The notes under the pieces are model-generated. The model searched no databases and had not been told where the DNA came from. It saw only the letters and a program-made list of their open reading frames with translations. The translations under genes were made by a program, and so were the position numbers. Positions 51,231 through 63,509 of a stretch of DNA of 64,000 bases are shown piece after piece (position 1 is the stretch's first letter; every line of letters begins with the position of its first letter). The stretch is from Lingula anatina (lineage: Eukaryota; Animalia; Brachiopoda), in contig CM120640.1 of assembly GCA_051362555.1 (NCBI GenBank), forward strand, positions 65,884,788 through 65,948,787. The letters run 5' to 3'.

Positions 51231-51470
51231 ATGTCTCAACCATTATCAACAAGTACAGTCATCTCCATTGATCATCATCAGGGAAGCAAGAGTCAGAGGC
51301 CTGCATTTTACCTTCGTTTCATCACCCTTTTCTTCAGTCCTAGAACTGCACAAGCAGCCTATGATTTGCTTCGATACGGACTTCGTGTTGGTGTCACCCT
51401 GACCCTTATTGGAGGATACCATCGGATGTTTGTTGTACTGACTATCTGTTGTTTGATATTGGGTGATTGA
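51231..51470 (+). CDS. Putative upstream-ORF microprotein, 79 aa, hydrophobic C-terminal half, on the OMA1 transcript
   Basis: ATG 51231 to TGA 51470, downstream of a good acceptor (tcttcccatag, 51178) and 22 nt upstream of the OMA1 ATG; exon-like base composition. Translation is unproven. Confidence 0.5.
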   Translation: MSQPLSTSTVISIDHHQGSKSQRPAFYLRFITLFFSPRTAQAAYDLLRYGLRVGVTLTLIGGYHRMFVVLTICCLILGD

Positions 51471-51492
51471 ATTGTAATATACATGTTGTAAA

Positions 51493-54400
51493 ATGTCTAA
51501 TCTGGGGAAGATGACTACAGCAAGACTGATTTTGAATTCAGGAATACCAAGGAAGGCAAGTAACAGGCTATCAGACATCATGATCTGTCCATCCAAGATG
51601 CTATTGACTCCCCACAAGCAATGTGGATCTCCTGTACAGAAAATGACATTAAGCCTGTTTGCCAACAATAAGCGAAGTGGACTCAGTGTTGGGAGAAAGA
51701 TATTGAATTGTAATATCAGATTGAAAGTACAAAATAGCTTCAGATCTTCACTGCTTTGCAGACAGAGCAGGGGGTTTCATACCACAAGACCCATGCATGC
51801 ACCTCAACTGGCTATTGGTAAAATCATTGTGCGGGTTGTAGGCCACTTTTTGGGATGGTAACCCTTTTATATTGCTTATATTTAATGTAACTTTTGTAGA
51901 TTTAAAGATTGCCTGTGTTTTTATGGATGTTTTTTAGAACCAGTAGACTAAATTTAGCAAAATGTTTGTTGTAGCAAGAAGGAGAAAAAAACCACCTAAT
52001 TTGCTTAGGTAGTTAAATTCGGTTATCGCGTTTTGTGCCTTTTACCTCTGTTGTTTTTGCAGGCTTTCAAGGAAAGTCTGGGTAAAATTGGACCAAGGGA
52101 CCAAAAAGAAGGTTTCATGTGGATTGCTCATCTTCATTCTATTTTTGGGTACTACATTCATGTGGTATCATGTCAAAGTAGATCCCAGCACAGGGGAGTG
52201 GACTGTCAAGTTGTTGACTGATACACAGCTCATGGAAATTGCAAAAGAAGAATCCTATAGGGTAAGTTTAGATTGGCCTTTGACCCAGCCCCTTTCTTTG
52301 GTACTGCACCCTTTGAGATAAGATAATTTTGTAGATTAGGATTTCATTTGGAACTTTACACCATTTACCTTCAGAACCACTTGCACTGTAGAAAATGTCT
52401 AAATAAACCGATTACGCACTGTAGAAAATGTCTAAATAAACCGATTAGTTTTGTTGGTAAACACAATACCTCTTTATAAATTTAACACTTGCTACTAATT
52501 TTTAAGGAACAATTAAGGCTCGGAGATCAGATTCTTCCACAAGACCACCCATACACACAGGTGGTAAGGCAGACTGTTCTTACTCTTTTGAATGGGAATG
52601 AAGAATTGCAGGGATTACATAAGTGGAGGATAGCTGTCGTTGATGACGATGAGAATATTAATGCTTTTGTTTTGCCTGTAAGTGTAACCACTGTTATTGA
52701 CAGGTTGAGACTGCCATTATCATACAGAGGCACATGTAATTACACAGATCCTTACATTTTCTCTCTACTCCAGTGTATTCATGCCTTGAATAGGTGACAT
52801 TGGAAATAAAAATTTTAAGGAGCGTTAAACAATGTTCAAAAGGAGGTACAAAAAAATTGAACAACCGCCAGCCCAGCAACTTTTCAGAAAGTTTATTCTT
52901 TAGTTTGCATAACTGAAATGTGCTCTGGTTGACTTTGCTAGTTCTTTGCTTTTTAAAGATGTGATTTTTCTATTAATAGTCTGCCTGCAACTTAAGACTA
53001 AGATTTAAGATTAAAAATCTGCTTGAATTTCATTCTTACCTGCAACATGAAAATGCAAATATTTATTTTTCCAGATTGGTGATATCTATGTCTTCACTGG
53101 TCTGCTGAAGTCTGCACACAATATTGATCAACTGGCTGTAGTTCTTGCACATGAGCTGGCTCACTGTGTGTTGGGGCATGGGGTGAGTAGAATGGTATAT
53201 CAACAGATCTGTTGCCTCTTTGATTGTTAGAAAAATTCTCTTTGTTACTTTGATCATTATTTAAACTGTTGGATATATGCTAATATATAGGTAAAAAATG
53301 TTTGATTTGATTTTTCAACCTTGAGTTATTTTCTGTATATAAAAGGAAATATGTTTGATTTGATTTTTCAGCCTTGAGTTATTTTTTCTATATAAAAGTA
53401 ACTTTCAATTGTAGAGTCTGAAGTTGAACCAACATGCATTTTGGGAAATTATCACCTTGTGTTTTCTGGTTTTCTGCTGGTTATTTATTGGCCCATTTCA
53501 AGTGGCTTTTGTCACCCAGTATTTCTTTGATAAAGCCACTGAGGTAAGAATTCCATGCTGTTAAACATAAAACATTCAGAATGTGAGTATTCAAATGTGA
53601 TTGACATAAGCAGACTGTGCACTTATTTAGCTTTTGTTTGCTTTGATCCATATTTGATCATCTTATTATGTCACCTAAATGTGTTTTCCATTTTAACACA
53701 GTGCAGTTTGGTGTAAATGAATGAAAAACAAATAAGTACACTCTTCATAATTTTCACATCAACTTCCTACTTTATTCTTGAATTTTTTGTTACCTTGTTT
53801 GTAATTATAACTCTCTATACATGAAAACTTTTAATGCAAATATGCCACAGCATTTTTGTTGTTTTTTGTAGGCCATGTTTCATATGCCTTACAGCAGGAA
53901 ACTAGAGTTTGAGGCAGACAATAAAGGTTTGCAGCTGGCTGCTAAGGTAGTTGTCATAGATTTTTGATTTACAGTTGTATCATGTGATGCATATTAGCAT
54001 TATCTAGAAGCATATTCACTGATTTTGTATAATATAACTTGTGAAACAACAATGGAAACTGAAAAGACACATGACAGTATAGATCATTTTTCTTTAATGT
54101 TCAACAGAATAATATTATGATTAAAAACTTTAATTATTTATTTAGGCCTGTTTTGATGTCAGAGAAAGCAGTGTATTCTGGAACATGATGCACATGAAGG
54201 ATTTGGAGACAGGGAATGTTATGGATATTCTCTCCACACATCCCAGGAGTGATGAACGTGCGGACAAACTAGATGATTTGGTTCCACAGGTTTGTCACCA
54301 TACTAACATTGACTTTGATATTGGGATTATGGTACCACAAGATGGTTTATATACTCAGAATTTAATGTTTTAGGTGGTCTGTGACACATACATGTGCACA

Positions 54401-55296
54401 CAAACACTTATCGTTTTGGTCACCACTTTTTGCACGTATATTATGTGTATCATTTTATATGTATATATATAAATATATAACAATCCATAGAGATATATAT
54501 ATAGCAAGCAGGAATATAAAACAGAGATAAAAAGCCAGTACTTGTTTTAATGCTAAAAGCCAATACTTTTCAGGCTCTCGAACTCCGAACTTCATGTAAT
54601 TGCCCCACCCTGAGAGGAAAAGATCCACGTGCCTTCATGAAAGCACTGAGACTGGAGGCAGTGGAACAAGCAAACCAGTCCCGGAACAATAGTAATGAGT
54701 CTTGTGATGGTAACCCAGCAGTGGGAGGATTGAGGGAGCAGAAAGTATATGTTAGTTATATAAAGGAAAACAAATCAGACAATAAGCAAAGTGCTGTGAA
54801 GGCAGCAACACGCTGTGATGTACCCTGTGATACTGTTACTGATGATCTTAAGGGTGGAGGAGAGGTACCTGAGGATGTTAAAAACACCATTTTTGCAAAT
54901 GCTAATGTAGCAGAAAATGCTCTTAGAGATGAAGAAGTTTTTAACACCACCAAAGCTCCAGTGGATAGGTCCAAGGTTGCTAGTGCTGATAAGAATATGA
55001 TTGCTGTAACTGCCAAAATGACTGACAATGCCAACGTGCATAATGATATTACTGCAGAAGACGATGATAAACATGGGTTTATTAAATTCCCTTCTGAGGT
55101 AACAAACACTGAGAAGTCTAACACCCAGTCTAATACTGAGAAGCTATGTAGTGAAAATATGCCTGTATTTTCTCCACAAAATGCAGACAGTGAGAAGATT
55201 GGACATAAGATTGAGGGTGGTGAGATGACCTCTCTGGCAAACAGTACAGATTCTAAAGTAAAGATGCCTCACATTGCGTGCAATATGGGTATTTAA
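51493..55296 (+). CDS. OMA1: Mitochondrial metalloendopeptidase OMA1 (peptidase M48), about 637 aa
   Basis: Exons 51493-51857, 52063-52261, 52507-52677, 53075-53182, 53415-53543, 53872-53946, 54146-54289, 54574-55296. Basic presequence ending RGFHTT, NAFVLP, HELAH zinc motif, PYSRKLEFEAD, KACFDVRES, LSTHP, CNCP. Probable non-coding exon 1 ends at donor 50231. The start could be a later in-frame ATG. Confidence 0.93.
52383..52447. repeat. Tandem duplication, 2 x about 33 bp
   Basis: 'gcactgtagaaaatgtctaaataaaccgatta' occurs twice. Confidence 0.9.
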
Positions 55297-55660
55297 GACA
55301 TACTACTTCTACATTGGAAGTATGCGTGGTTGTGAAATGAAAAAAAGTCTTATTTATATTTTAGCCACTTTGATGTGCAAACTCGGGGTGAAATTTCTAT
55401 CTGTTAAATAAACTGCAATTTATTTGAATTTTGGATCAGCCTCATCACCTCAAACTCCCAATATAATATACTCTTAGGACAAGATGTATGCAACTTTAGC
55501 CTATGATGTGTTAAAATAGATTTCTAAGGGCCAGTGGGAAGATACATTTTAAATTTACCATGTTTTTTACCCTGAATAAATAAATAAGTCAATAGATAAA
55601 GGTAGAGTGAATGTTGTTAGTCATCCAGTAGAATAAGAATGATAAATACAAATAACTTTG

Positions 55661-55895
55661 ATATTGGAACTGAAGTTGCCGGCTCAACCAGAGACCTTTC
55701 ACTAGGTAAATAGCCTGGATGGACTGGTCAGCTATCTATTGTCATACGGCTAGGAATAGTCTCCAGTGCCTCATCCCATATATGTGAGAGGTAAAACCCC
55801 GAGGCCTCCTTGTTCAGAGTTGGATTTTCCCCCTGTTCCCAGATAGCTTCTTTGATGCCAAACTTTGAACAAAAGGTTGTATCTTGTGGTATGCT
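55661..55895 (-). mobile_element. Penelope-like retroelement 3' fragment
   Basis: Minus strand GIKEAIWEQGENPTLNKEASGFYLSHIWDEAL resembles the C-terminus of the PLE GIY-YIG endonuclease (GIKEAIxIxxxxPxLNxDxGxYxLSHIWD). Confidence 0.75.
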
Positions 55896-58780
55896 CATGA
55901 AATTTATATGTATAAAAGTGTGCATTATATTTGAATTTGATCTAAATTGATTATGGATATTTACTTTTTAGATCAGATATTATTATAACTTAAGATCTAA
56001 AGACTCAAAACCAACTTAAAACTGAAAGAGAATGAAAAAAAGTTAATATTAACAGAACTGTTTGGGGTGCATTGGAATGAGCTTTTTACTAGGTTTAATT
56101 ATTTGCAATATAACAACATAGAAAAAAATAAGTAATAAGTGATTTTTTTGTATTAATGTGTTATGAGGAACTTTCATGAGCTCATTAATTGGGGGGGGGG
56201 GGGGGTTGGGGGAGGGTATATCCTGATATCTTTTATTTGTTGTTGATGATGTTATTGACTGATTCCCAGTCAAAGTGAGCAGATATGATCTATTTTTCAG
56301 TGTGATAATAAATGCTATTACAAAAGCTAGTTCAGTTTTGTCTTTTTACTACAGATGCAGTCCTTATGATTGTGCTGAAAAACAGTAGTAAATCTGGTCT
56401 TAAAAGTTGTTCATTTATCAAGATCATAACAATACTAATAACAGGATCCAACAAAAATGATAGGTCATCATGTTTGCTCAGTTTTGATATCACAAGATTT
56501 TTCAGAATCTGTTTATTTGTTTGATATAGTCAAAAAAAATGATGTACTCTTAAAACATTTGATCTCAATTGTATTTAGATGTTTTGTATTTTAAAACCAA
56601 GATGGAATCGTTTGAGGTTGAGTTTTGTCAAATGATTGAACTGCTGGCCAATAAGGTGTAATTTGATTTAAAGAAATGAAAAAATAAAACTTTTGTGTTT
56701 CAACATGCTACCCTAGTAAAATTTACAAAAGTAAAAGAATTCATTTTGCCAATTTGAACACAAATGCCTGTTACTGAATGCAATGAGGTTGACATATTGA
56801 CACACCTCCACTTGTTTCCAACTTACCAGTACTTGTGTAATCACCAGCTTTTCTGTATTCTACTCAGTGCCAGAAGTCTTGTTAATGATTGCACTCACCA
56901 GAGTCCCCATGGAGCTAGTGCGTACCAGCTAGCACAATAAATTGTAAATGAACCTTGAGTTTCATAAAAACTGGCTCAGAAAGCATCTTTTTGATTGTGG
57001 TAGTTGTGCTTGGCTAGCAATATTTGCATGGTTGGTCCATCCAAGGAGATGAATTCTGCACATTCAGATTCAATGTTCAAAATGTAGCTCACTGGTCCAG
57101 CTGATACTGTTTGAGATACAACAACCTCTGGTAAAGCAGGATTCTTTGATATAATTCACATTTAAGTACTAATTCTCTTTCCTTTTTTCTTTCTTTATCT
57201 TTGTTCAGAACATCATATACTATCACGAAATGTAGAAATTACATTTTCAATAATAATAATATGGGACCTAAAGCTCTCTTCTGGAACAGAAGATGATTAT
57301 TTATATGACATTGCCAACATTTGAACTGAGCATCGGTGGAGCTTAGATTCCCAGTAACCCATATAAATCACTTCTACTAGTTTTTTTTATACAACTCAAA
57401 TAAAGTAGACATGCTAAGAGATAAACCAAATTAATCCCTCACTCAATCATAAAATAGCTTTAAACTGCAACTTTTTCATATTTTTAGTTGTAAATTTGAC
57501 CATCTTATCTGCCCTGTTTATATACTTCTAGAAAGCTAGCAGAAAATCTGTTCAAATATTATTTTTCAGGTAATGTGAAACAACTTCTTTGGTATTTCTC
57601 TTAGCTATTATATTTGAAACTATATGGTGGCATTTGGTCAGCTTTTGTGTCCAAAAGAATGATTTAAATGCATCTTAAAAAGGATAGTCTGTGGTTGATA
57701 CAGTAGATTAAATAATTGAGTGTAAAAAAAATATGTGTGAGTGGGGGGGGGGGGGGGGAGATAGAAATATTAGCTGATATGAATTATATGAACCTAGTTT
57801 ATCAAGCTATGTTAATTAAAGCTCAATTCACAATATATATATTGTTCATCCTGTCACATGACTCATTCAACTCAACCTTATTATGGTGCTGTAGGTCATG
57901 TCCTGAAAATCATGACTTTCTACACAATCTAATGAACTCACAGTGTTGTTGAATGATCGAAAGTTCATAACTAAAAAAAAAAAAAAAAGAATTAATAATG
58001 TTCTTGAACTTGTGCCAAATGGGGAGAAACATAAACTGAATAAAAAAAAAAAGCAATAAGCTATCTTGGATGGGTTTGCTGTTATTCATTGTCTTTTATT
58101 GTGCTGTTAACACTAGATCAGAAAGTTTGTCTGCTAAAATACACCCAAAAGAATTAAAAAGTCGGATTTTATTACCACTCGGCACCTTGTCAATGACATT
58201 CATAACCTTCTATATCATCAATATTGCAAATGATCCCTCGCACGTAATTTGTTCATTGATCAGTCCCATCTTAAAGGTTATTTCTAGAAGTTCTGAGGAC
58301 CACATGGATGTACTAGTGTTATAATGATAAATTGCTCTCCTGGTAATATAAACATATTTAATATTTTCCTTAAAACACATGCAAGGTACTGATGAAGAAC
58401 TCTGGTTTTTGACAAAAAAACATCTCATATATCCCAAGCAATCTTCATTTTTTTCAAGGTGTTTGGCCACATCTGCTGTGTTTAGCAGTCTGAACAAATA
58501 TTTGTCAATTGAAATCATGACAAAAATAATTAAATAATTATAACCTTGATGTTTATTCCCTTTTTAAAAAGCACAGACAAAATATAATATATTAAGTGAT
58601 TTGACGCTATAAAAAATACTGCACAGTGAATGTGAAGAGGTCTACATACACCCAAAATCTTCCTTGATCTACTTTAGGCACATAAATATATGTATTTCAA
58701 CAAAATCATAAAATATTTATATATAAATAAGAATGTTATTCTACATAAACAGAACTGAATTGTACATAAAGTGTACGTCG

Positions 58781-58861
58781 TGGAAAATGGTTATATTTTT
58801 CTATAGAAATGCATTTACCTGGAAAATGGTTATATTTTTCTATAGAAATGCATTTACCTGG
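58781..58861. repeat. Tandem duplication, 2 x 39 bp
   Basis: 'tggaaaatggttatatttttctatagaaatgcatttacc' occurs twice. Confidence 0.9.
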
Positions 58862-61480
58862 TATATATTTTCATTTTTTAAATTGAAATGATCAACCAAA
58901 TGGCCTAACACATACTGTTTGGGTGCAACCTATTTTCTCCTACTTCCTTCACCCAGTTGGCATATGGACTAGTGAAATGACATGTATACACCTAATGATT
59001 CTGCATAACTTTGAAAAGTTAAACCATTATGCTGATATGAAAGAAGTGAGTCAAGCTTACTCGAAAAATATGTCATAACAGCACAAAAGCATGGCATAAG
59101 AGTTGTTAAGATGCCTGACACTGATAGATGTGTATCCTGTCAATGACATATTCTATTATGCATAATTTCCATCCTAATTTTTTATCTTTTTGCTGTGCCA
59201 AAATTTAATATTAATTAGATTTCAATATGAATCAAACTATCAATATCAGTGGAGACAGTTGCTTAGCGGGCAAATTTTTATACAATGCAATGGAAAATCA
59301 TGTAACAGAGTGCACATTGCATGGAAATGAAAATGACAGAAAAAAGTCAAATTTCCCTTCGTGTAGTGTAGTGTAGTGGACTACATTTCTTTGGGTTTCC
59401 ATGTAATTCATACACATTTTTCAAAGCAACTCCCAGTTTCATTTCCTCCTGACAGTAATATCTTGTGTACATATAATCAGATCTTTTCATTTGTTTTGAA
59501 GGAGTTCAATAAGATAAAGCTCACCGTGAGAATTCACCAGCTTGTCTGATAACCTCTGAAAAGGGTGCCATTTGCCTGTGAATCACCATGATTACTGATA
59601 AAGGAAATGGACATATAATACATTACACACCAAGACAAAATGGTCATCAGTTACTCTGGTTTTCAAGACAGTTAAACTCATAATGAAACTATAATAGATA
59701 AGACAAAATTAAATTGGAGAAATCTTAATTATCCCGTGTGCAATCCAAGCTACTGTTACTCAGGCAACCATATGTTATTCACGAAACTAATGGCAGACAG
59801 GGACCATAATTTGGCAAATTGTAAGTGAAAATCAGTACACTATATTTTCCAATAAATAAGCTTCATTTAACTGTACAATGTAAAAAAGGTGAATTAGGCC
59901 CTGCTGCACCATACAGGTATTAATCTTGTCAGAGATGAAGAGGAAAAAGTACTGGTCTACCCATGTTTGCCATGGAACATTATCACATTTGCTCATACAA
60001 GAACAGCAACATTCTTGTTACCCTGAATCAGCAGTATTGCATATATATATATAAGTTAAACTTTCAGAGACAAGCCATCACTTCTCTGTCGTAAAAATAA
60101 TTTTCTTCACTTCTTTTTTTTAGTTTTCTTTGTCACAGGTATCTCCTACGTGCCGTTAAAACTTGGCATTTTGTCTTTGTTAAAAATGCCTTCATTTCTT
60201 CAAGTTCACGAATTGAAAATATTCTCGTTTTTGAAGAATACTGTCAACTGCTACAGAAAAAGTATTTTGCATGAACTGTGTGCTGCAAATTCAGGTATAA
60301 AACATATGGCATACATTTAAGAGAAAAAGAGATCATCTTGCTACAAATGAAGAAAACATAATATGATATCAGCTGTAATATATAGCCATAGTGACTTATT
60401 AAATGATTGACATTCACTCGGAGAAAATCTCAAATAAGTTTGATTACATTAATAAGGCTCATTAACGTGCAGTCAGTGGGTCTAATGAATAAGACTTGCA
60501 CTGGATTTGAAACCTTAAAAGCTAAAGGGAGTTTTATACCAAACAACCCTTGTCTCCACTTTACACATGGTAAAACTATGTATCAAAAAAATTTCCATAT
60601 TCAATACCATACTTGGGTCTCTTCAGTCTTAGGTACTGGATACAACAGCTATTTGGCACATACAACATCTTACTTATCACAAATACTCAACGTATCTTTC
60701 AATATTGCTTTGGGGATGAAGATCCTGTATGACAAATATGAGCCTAGTGCTCAACTACATACAAATAAGTATGCCATTTATTCTATGTTAACTCAAATCT
60801 ACTCTATCCTTATGTTAAACCATTTCTATATTCAAACACACTCCAAAAGATTTTTTCTAGTAGTTTCAAAATAATTTGTGATCCAACTTTTGATGGCATA
60901 CATTATAACATTCTCTCAATATGAGACATGCAGTGACAATGAGGGCAAAGACATCACAAAACACATCATTTAAATCATCAGATGGGGGTATATTTGATTA
61001 CATTTGGTAACATTAATTCATGGTATTTATCTCTTAACATATGATCAAAATGTGCTACTTGTCATCAGCCTAGTTCAACAAGAAGTGGTTTATGAAGTTA
61101 ATGTGTGTCTGATATCCTACACTTAGTCACTTTAAAATTCAATAATTAAATATTGGTCAACACAACAAACACTTTCCGTGTGCTCTTGCTCACTTAGTTT
61201 TTATGCTTCAAAAAATTATTAAGGATGCATAAAGTAAGTGCTAAAATTGGGATGTTGGGGACTTGTTGAAATGGTTAGTAACAAAAGTGCTATTAAGTAC
61301 TTTTGATGATTAAAACATTCTGTTGGCTTTATTTTCACATCAAACCTATATTCAAGTTTAAACATGTTATTCATTAGGTGGTTCTAGTAAAGTGCGGGAT
61401 ACTGTGTGCAGAGATGACAGAGACTGTTCCCCCTGACTAGATATATACAATGTATTCTGCCTATGTATTGCCAAGTTCTG

Positions 61481-63509
61481 CTACAATATACTGCAAACTC
61501 TGGTCCTCTGTCCCTGCCCCATGTTCTCTTTGCCTATTGCAACTGTGCTGTTATTCCTACTCCTGTTGCCATCATAGTTTGATTCATTGGAATTTCGTTT
61601 GTGAATTCGATGGAGCACTATTCTATAGGTCCCTGTTATACTATTTTTTGAGTCTTTGTTCTCCATCTGCTTAAACATGTCTTCTCCTATTCCTAGGTCA
61701 GATAGAACTTTTCTAGCCTCCTTCTCTTCCTCATTCAGGCCTTCCTTCTGAGGACTGGGGTAAAGTTCATAGCGTTCCAGCGCCGGAGGGAACTCCTCCC
61801 CTTTTAGCCAATCACACTGCTGAAGCTCCCGTATTGTCAATCTCTCCTTTGGATTTTGTCTCAATATTCCCTGAATCACCTTCTGGCAATCACTGCTGAT
61901 AAAACTTGGAATGATAAAATTTCCTTCTAAAATGCATCTCTTTAACTTGGCCACAGTGTCTGCACGGAATGGCATAATCCCTGTGACCATAAAATACAGT
62001 AATATTCCAATAGCCCAAATATCTACATACACTCCTATATAGTGTTCGTCTTTAAACAGCTCGGGGGCTGCATAAGGGGGGGAACCACAAAATGTATTCA
62101 GGCAGTTATCTGGACGGCTGAAAGTACTGAAGCCAAAGTCCCCCACTTTGACCAGGTTGGGGCCGGCATAAAACACATTTTCTGCCTTGAGATCCCGATG
62201 AATGATATGGTTGTCATGCTAGAGGAATTTAAAAAAGAAATGGTATTAGGCTTAAAATCAAATGTATTTATACAGATTTTGTGAAGTTACATCCAGTCTA
62301 TAATGACTTCATACACATTCATACAACATATCAACACCCCAAACATTTGCCAAAAAAATTTAAGAACAACTAGTTGAAAAGAAAACAGCAAATAGATGAA
62401 TTCCTTGAAGGCCCCACACAAAAATATTTCAAAATACCACAATACTTACATTTTTTTTTCATTTTTATTGGAAAAATAAATAAATAAATAAATAAATGGA
62501 ACTTTATTCTGTCCATACTTACCATATGTTCCACAGCGGCATGGACTTGAGCAAATATAGAACGTGCCTCACTCTCTGGAAGCTTTCCTTCTGTTGTGAT
62601 CTTGGTAAACAGCTCCCCTCCATTGGCATACTCCATCACAATGTGGAGTTTGGCCAGAGTCTCCAGGACCTCATACAGACGGATGATATTGGGGTGGTGG
62701 AGACGCTCCATACTGGAGATCTCCCGCGAGAGAAGGCGCTGGGTTTTCTGGTCAAGCTTGGTCTTGTCTAATATTTTGACTGCTACTTTTTCTGGAATAG
62801 CACAGATTGTTCTTTTAACTGAATACAGACATTTTTGAAGTCCATAAGTGAAATCTGAAATTTGGACTTTTGCAAAACCAATTTTATCCCATTTATATTA
62901 GGGGAAAAGTAAATGTCATACTCAGGATATGTTGTTTTTTGACTATGTACAAAATTTGGGTTTAAATCAATACAAATTACTGTCATTCACTGACACATCA
63001 CAGGCCCGTAGCCAGCAATTTCAAAAGGGGGGTTCGTTTTCTGAAAAAGTGGACCTTTTCCCATGAAAACTTCATGTACCTAGATCAAATTTTACCCAGA
63101 GTGGACCTTTTCCCAGCAAAAGGGGTGGTTCTTTCGAACCCCCCGAACCCCCCCTGGCTAAGGGCCTGCATCAAAATATATCAAGATGAAGGGTGTTTTT
63201 CATTATCACAACATTGTGGTATCAAATAAGGCAATACAAACCTTTTGTAAGAGAGTGTATAGCCATTTTGACTTGTGAGAAATTCCCACTCCCAAGTTCT
63301 CCACGTATTCTATAGAATCCAATCCTTTTTCCTAGAGTAACTTCTTTAATACAACGTTGGTCATTCACAAGGTCGTGGGATAACCTCTCATATGGGGTCA
63401 CTTTTCTTACAGGCGCTGCCGGATTGTCATTCTCGTCATTATTTTCTGTGGCTGTGCTGTATCCAGACACAGTGGATTCACGTTTCTGGATCAGAACTTT
63501 TTCTGTCAT
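61481..63509 (-). CDS. NIM1K: Serine/threonine kinase NIM1 (AMPK-related), about 424 aa
   Basis: Exons 63509-63242, 62791-62523, 62218-61481. [86 protein letters not shown] and C-terminal CaaX CSIL. A 5'UTR acceptor at about 63639 implies a further upstream exon. Confidence 0.95.
63001..63168. mobile_element. MITE with 5-bp TSD (catca) in a NIM1K intron
   Basis: TIRs CAGGCCCGTAGCCAG...CTGGCTAAGGGCCTG; catca at 62996-63000 and 63169-63173. Confidence 0.85.

Noticed and set aside
20644-55296. Functional 'proteostasis cluster' of MIDN, RWDD3 and OMA1
   Set aside because: Mixed orientations, different compartments and no shared regulatory evidence; ancestral linkage is a sufficient explanation.
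60407-60874. 155-codon ORF between OMA1 and NIM1K
   Set aside because: TTG start, AT-rich with no motif, antisense to the probable NIM1K 3'UTR.
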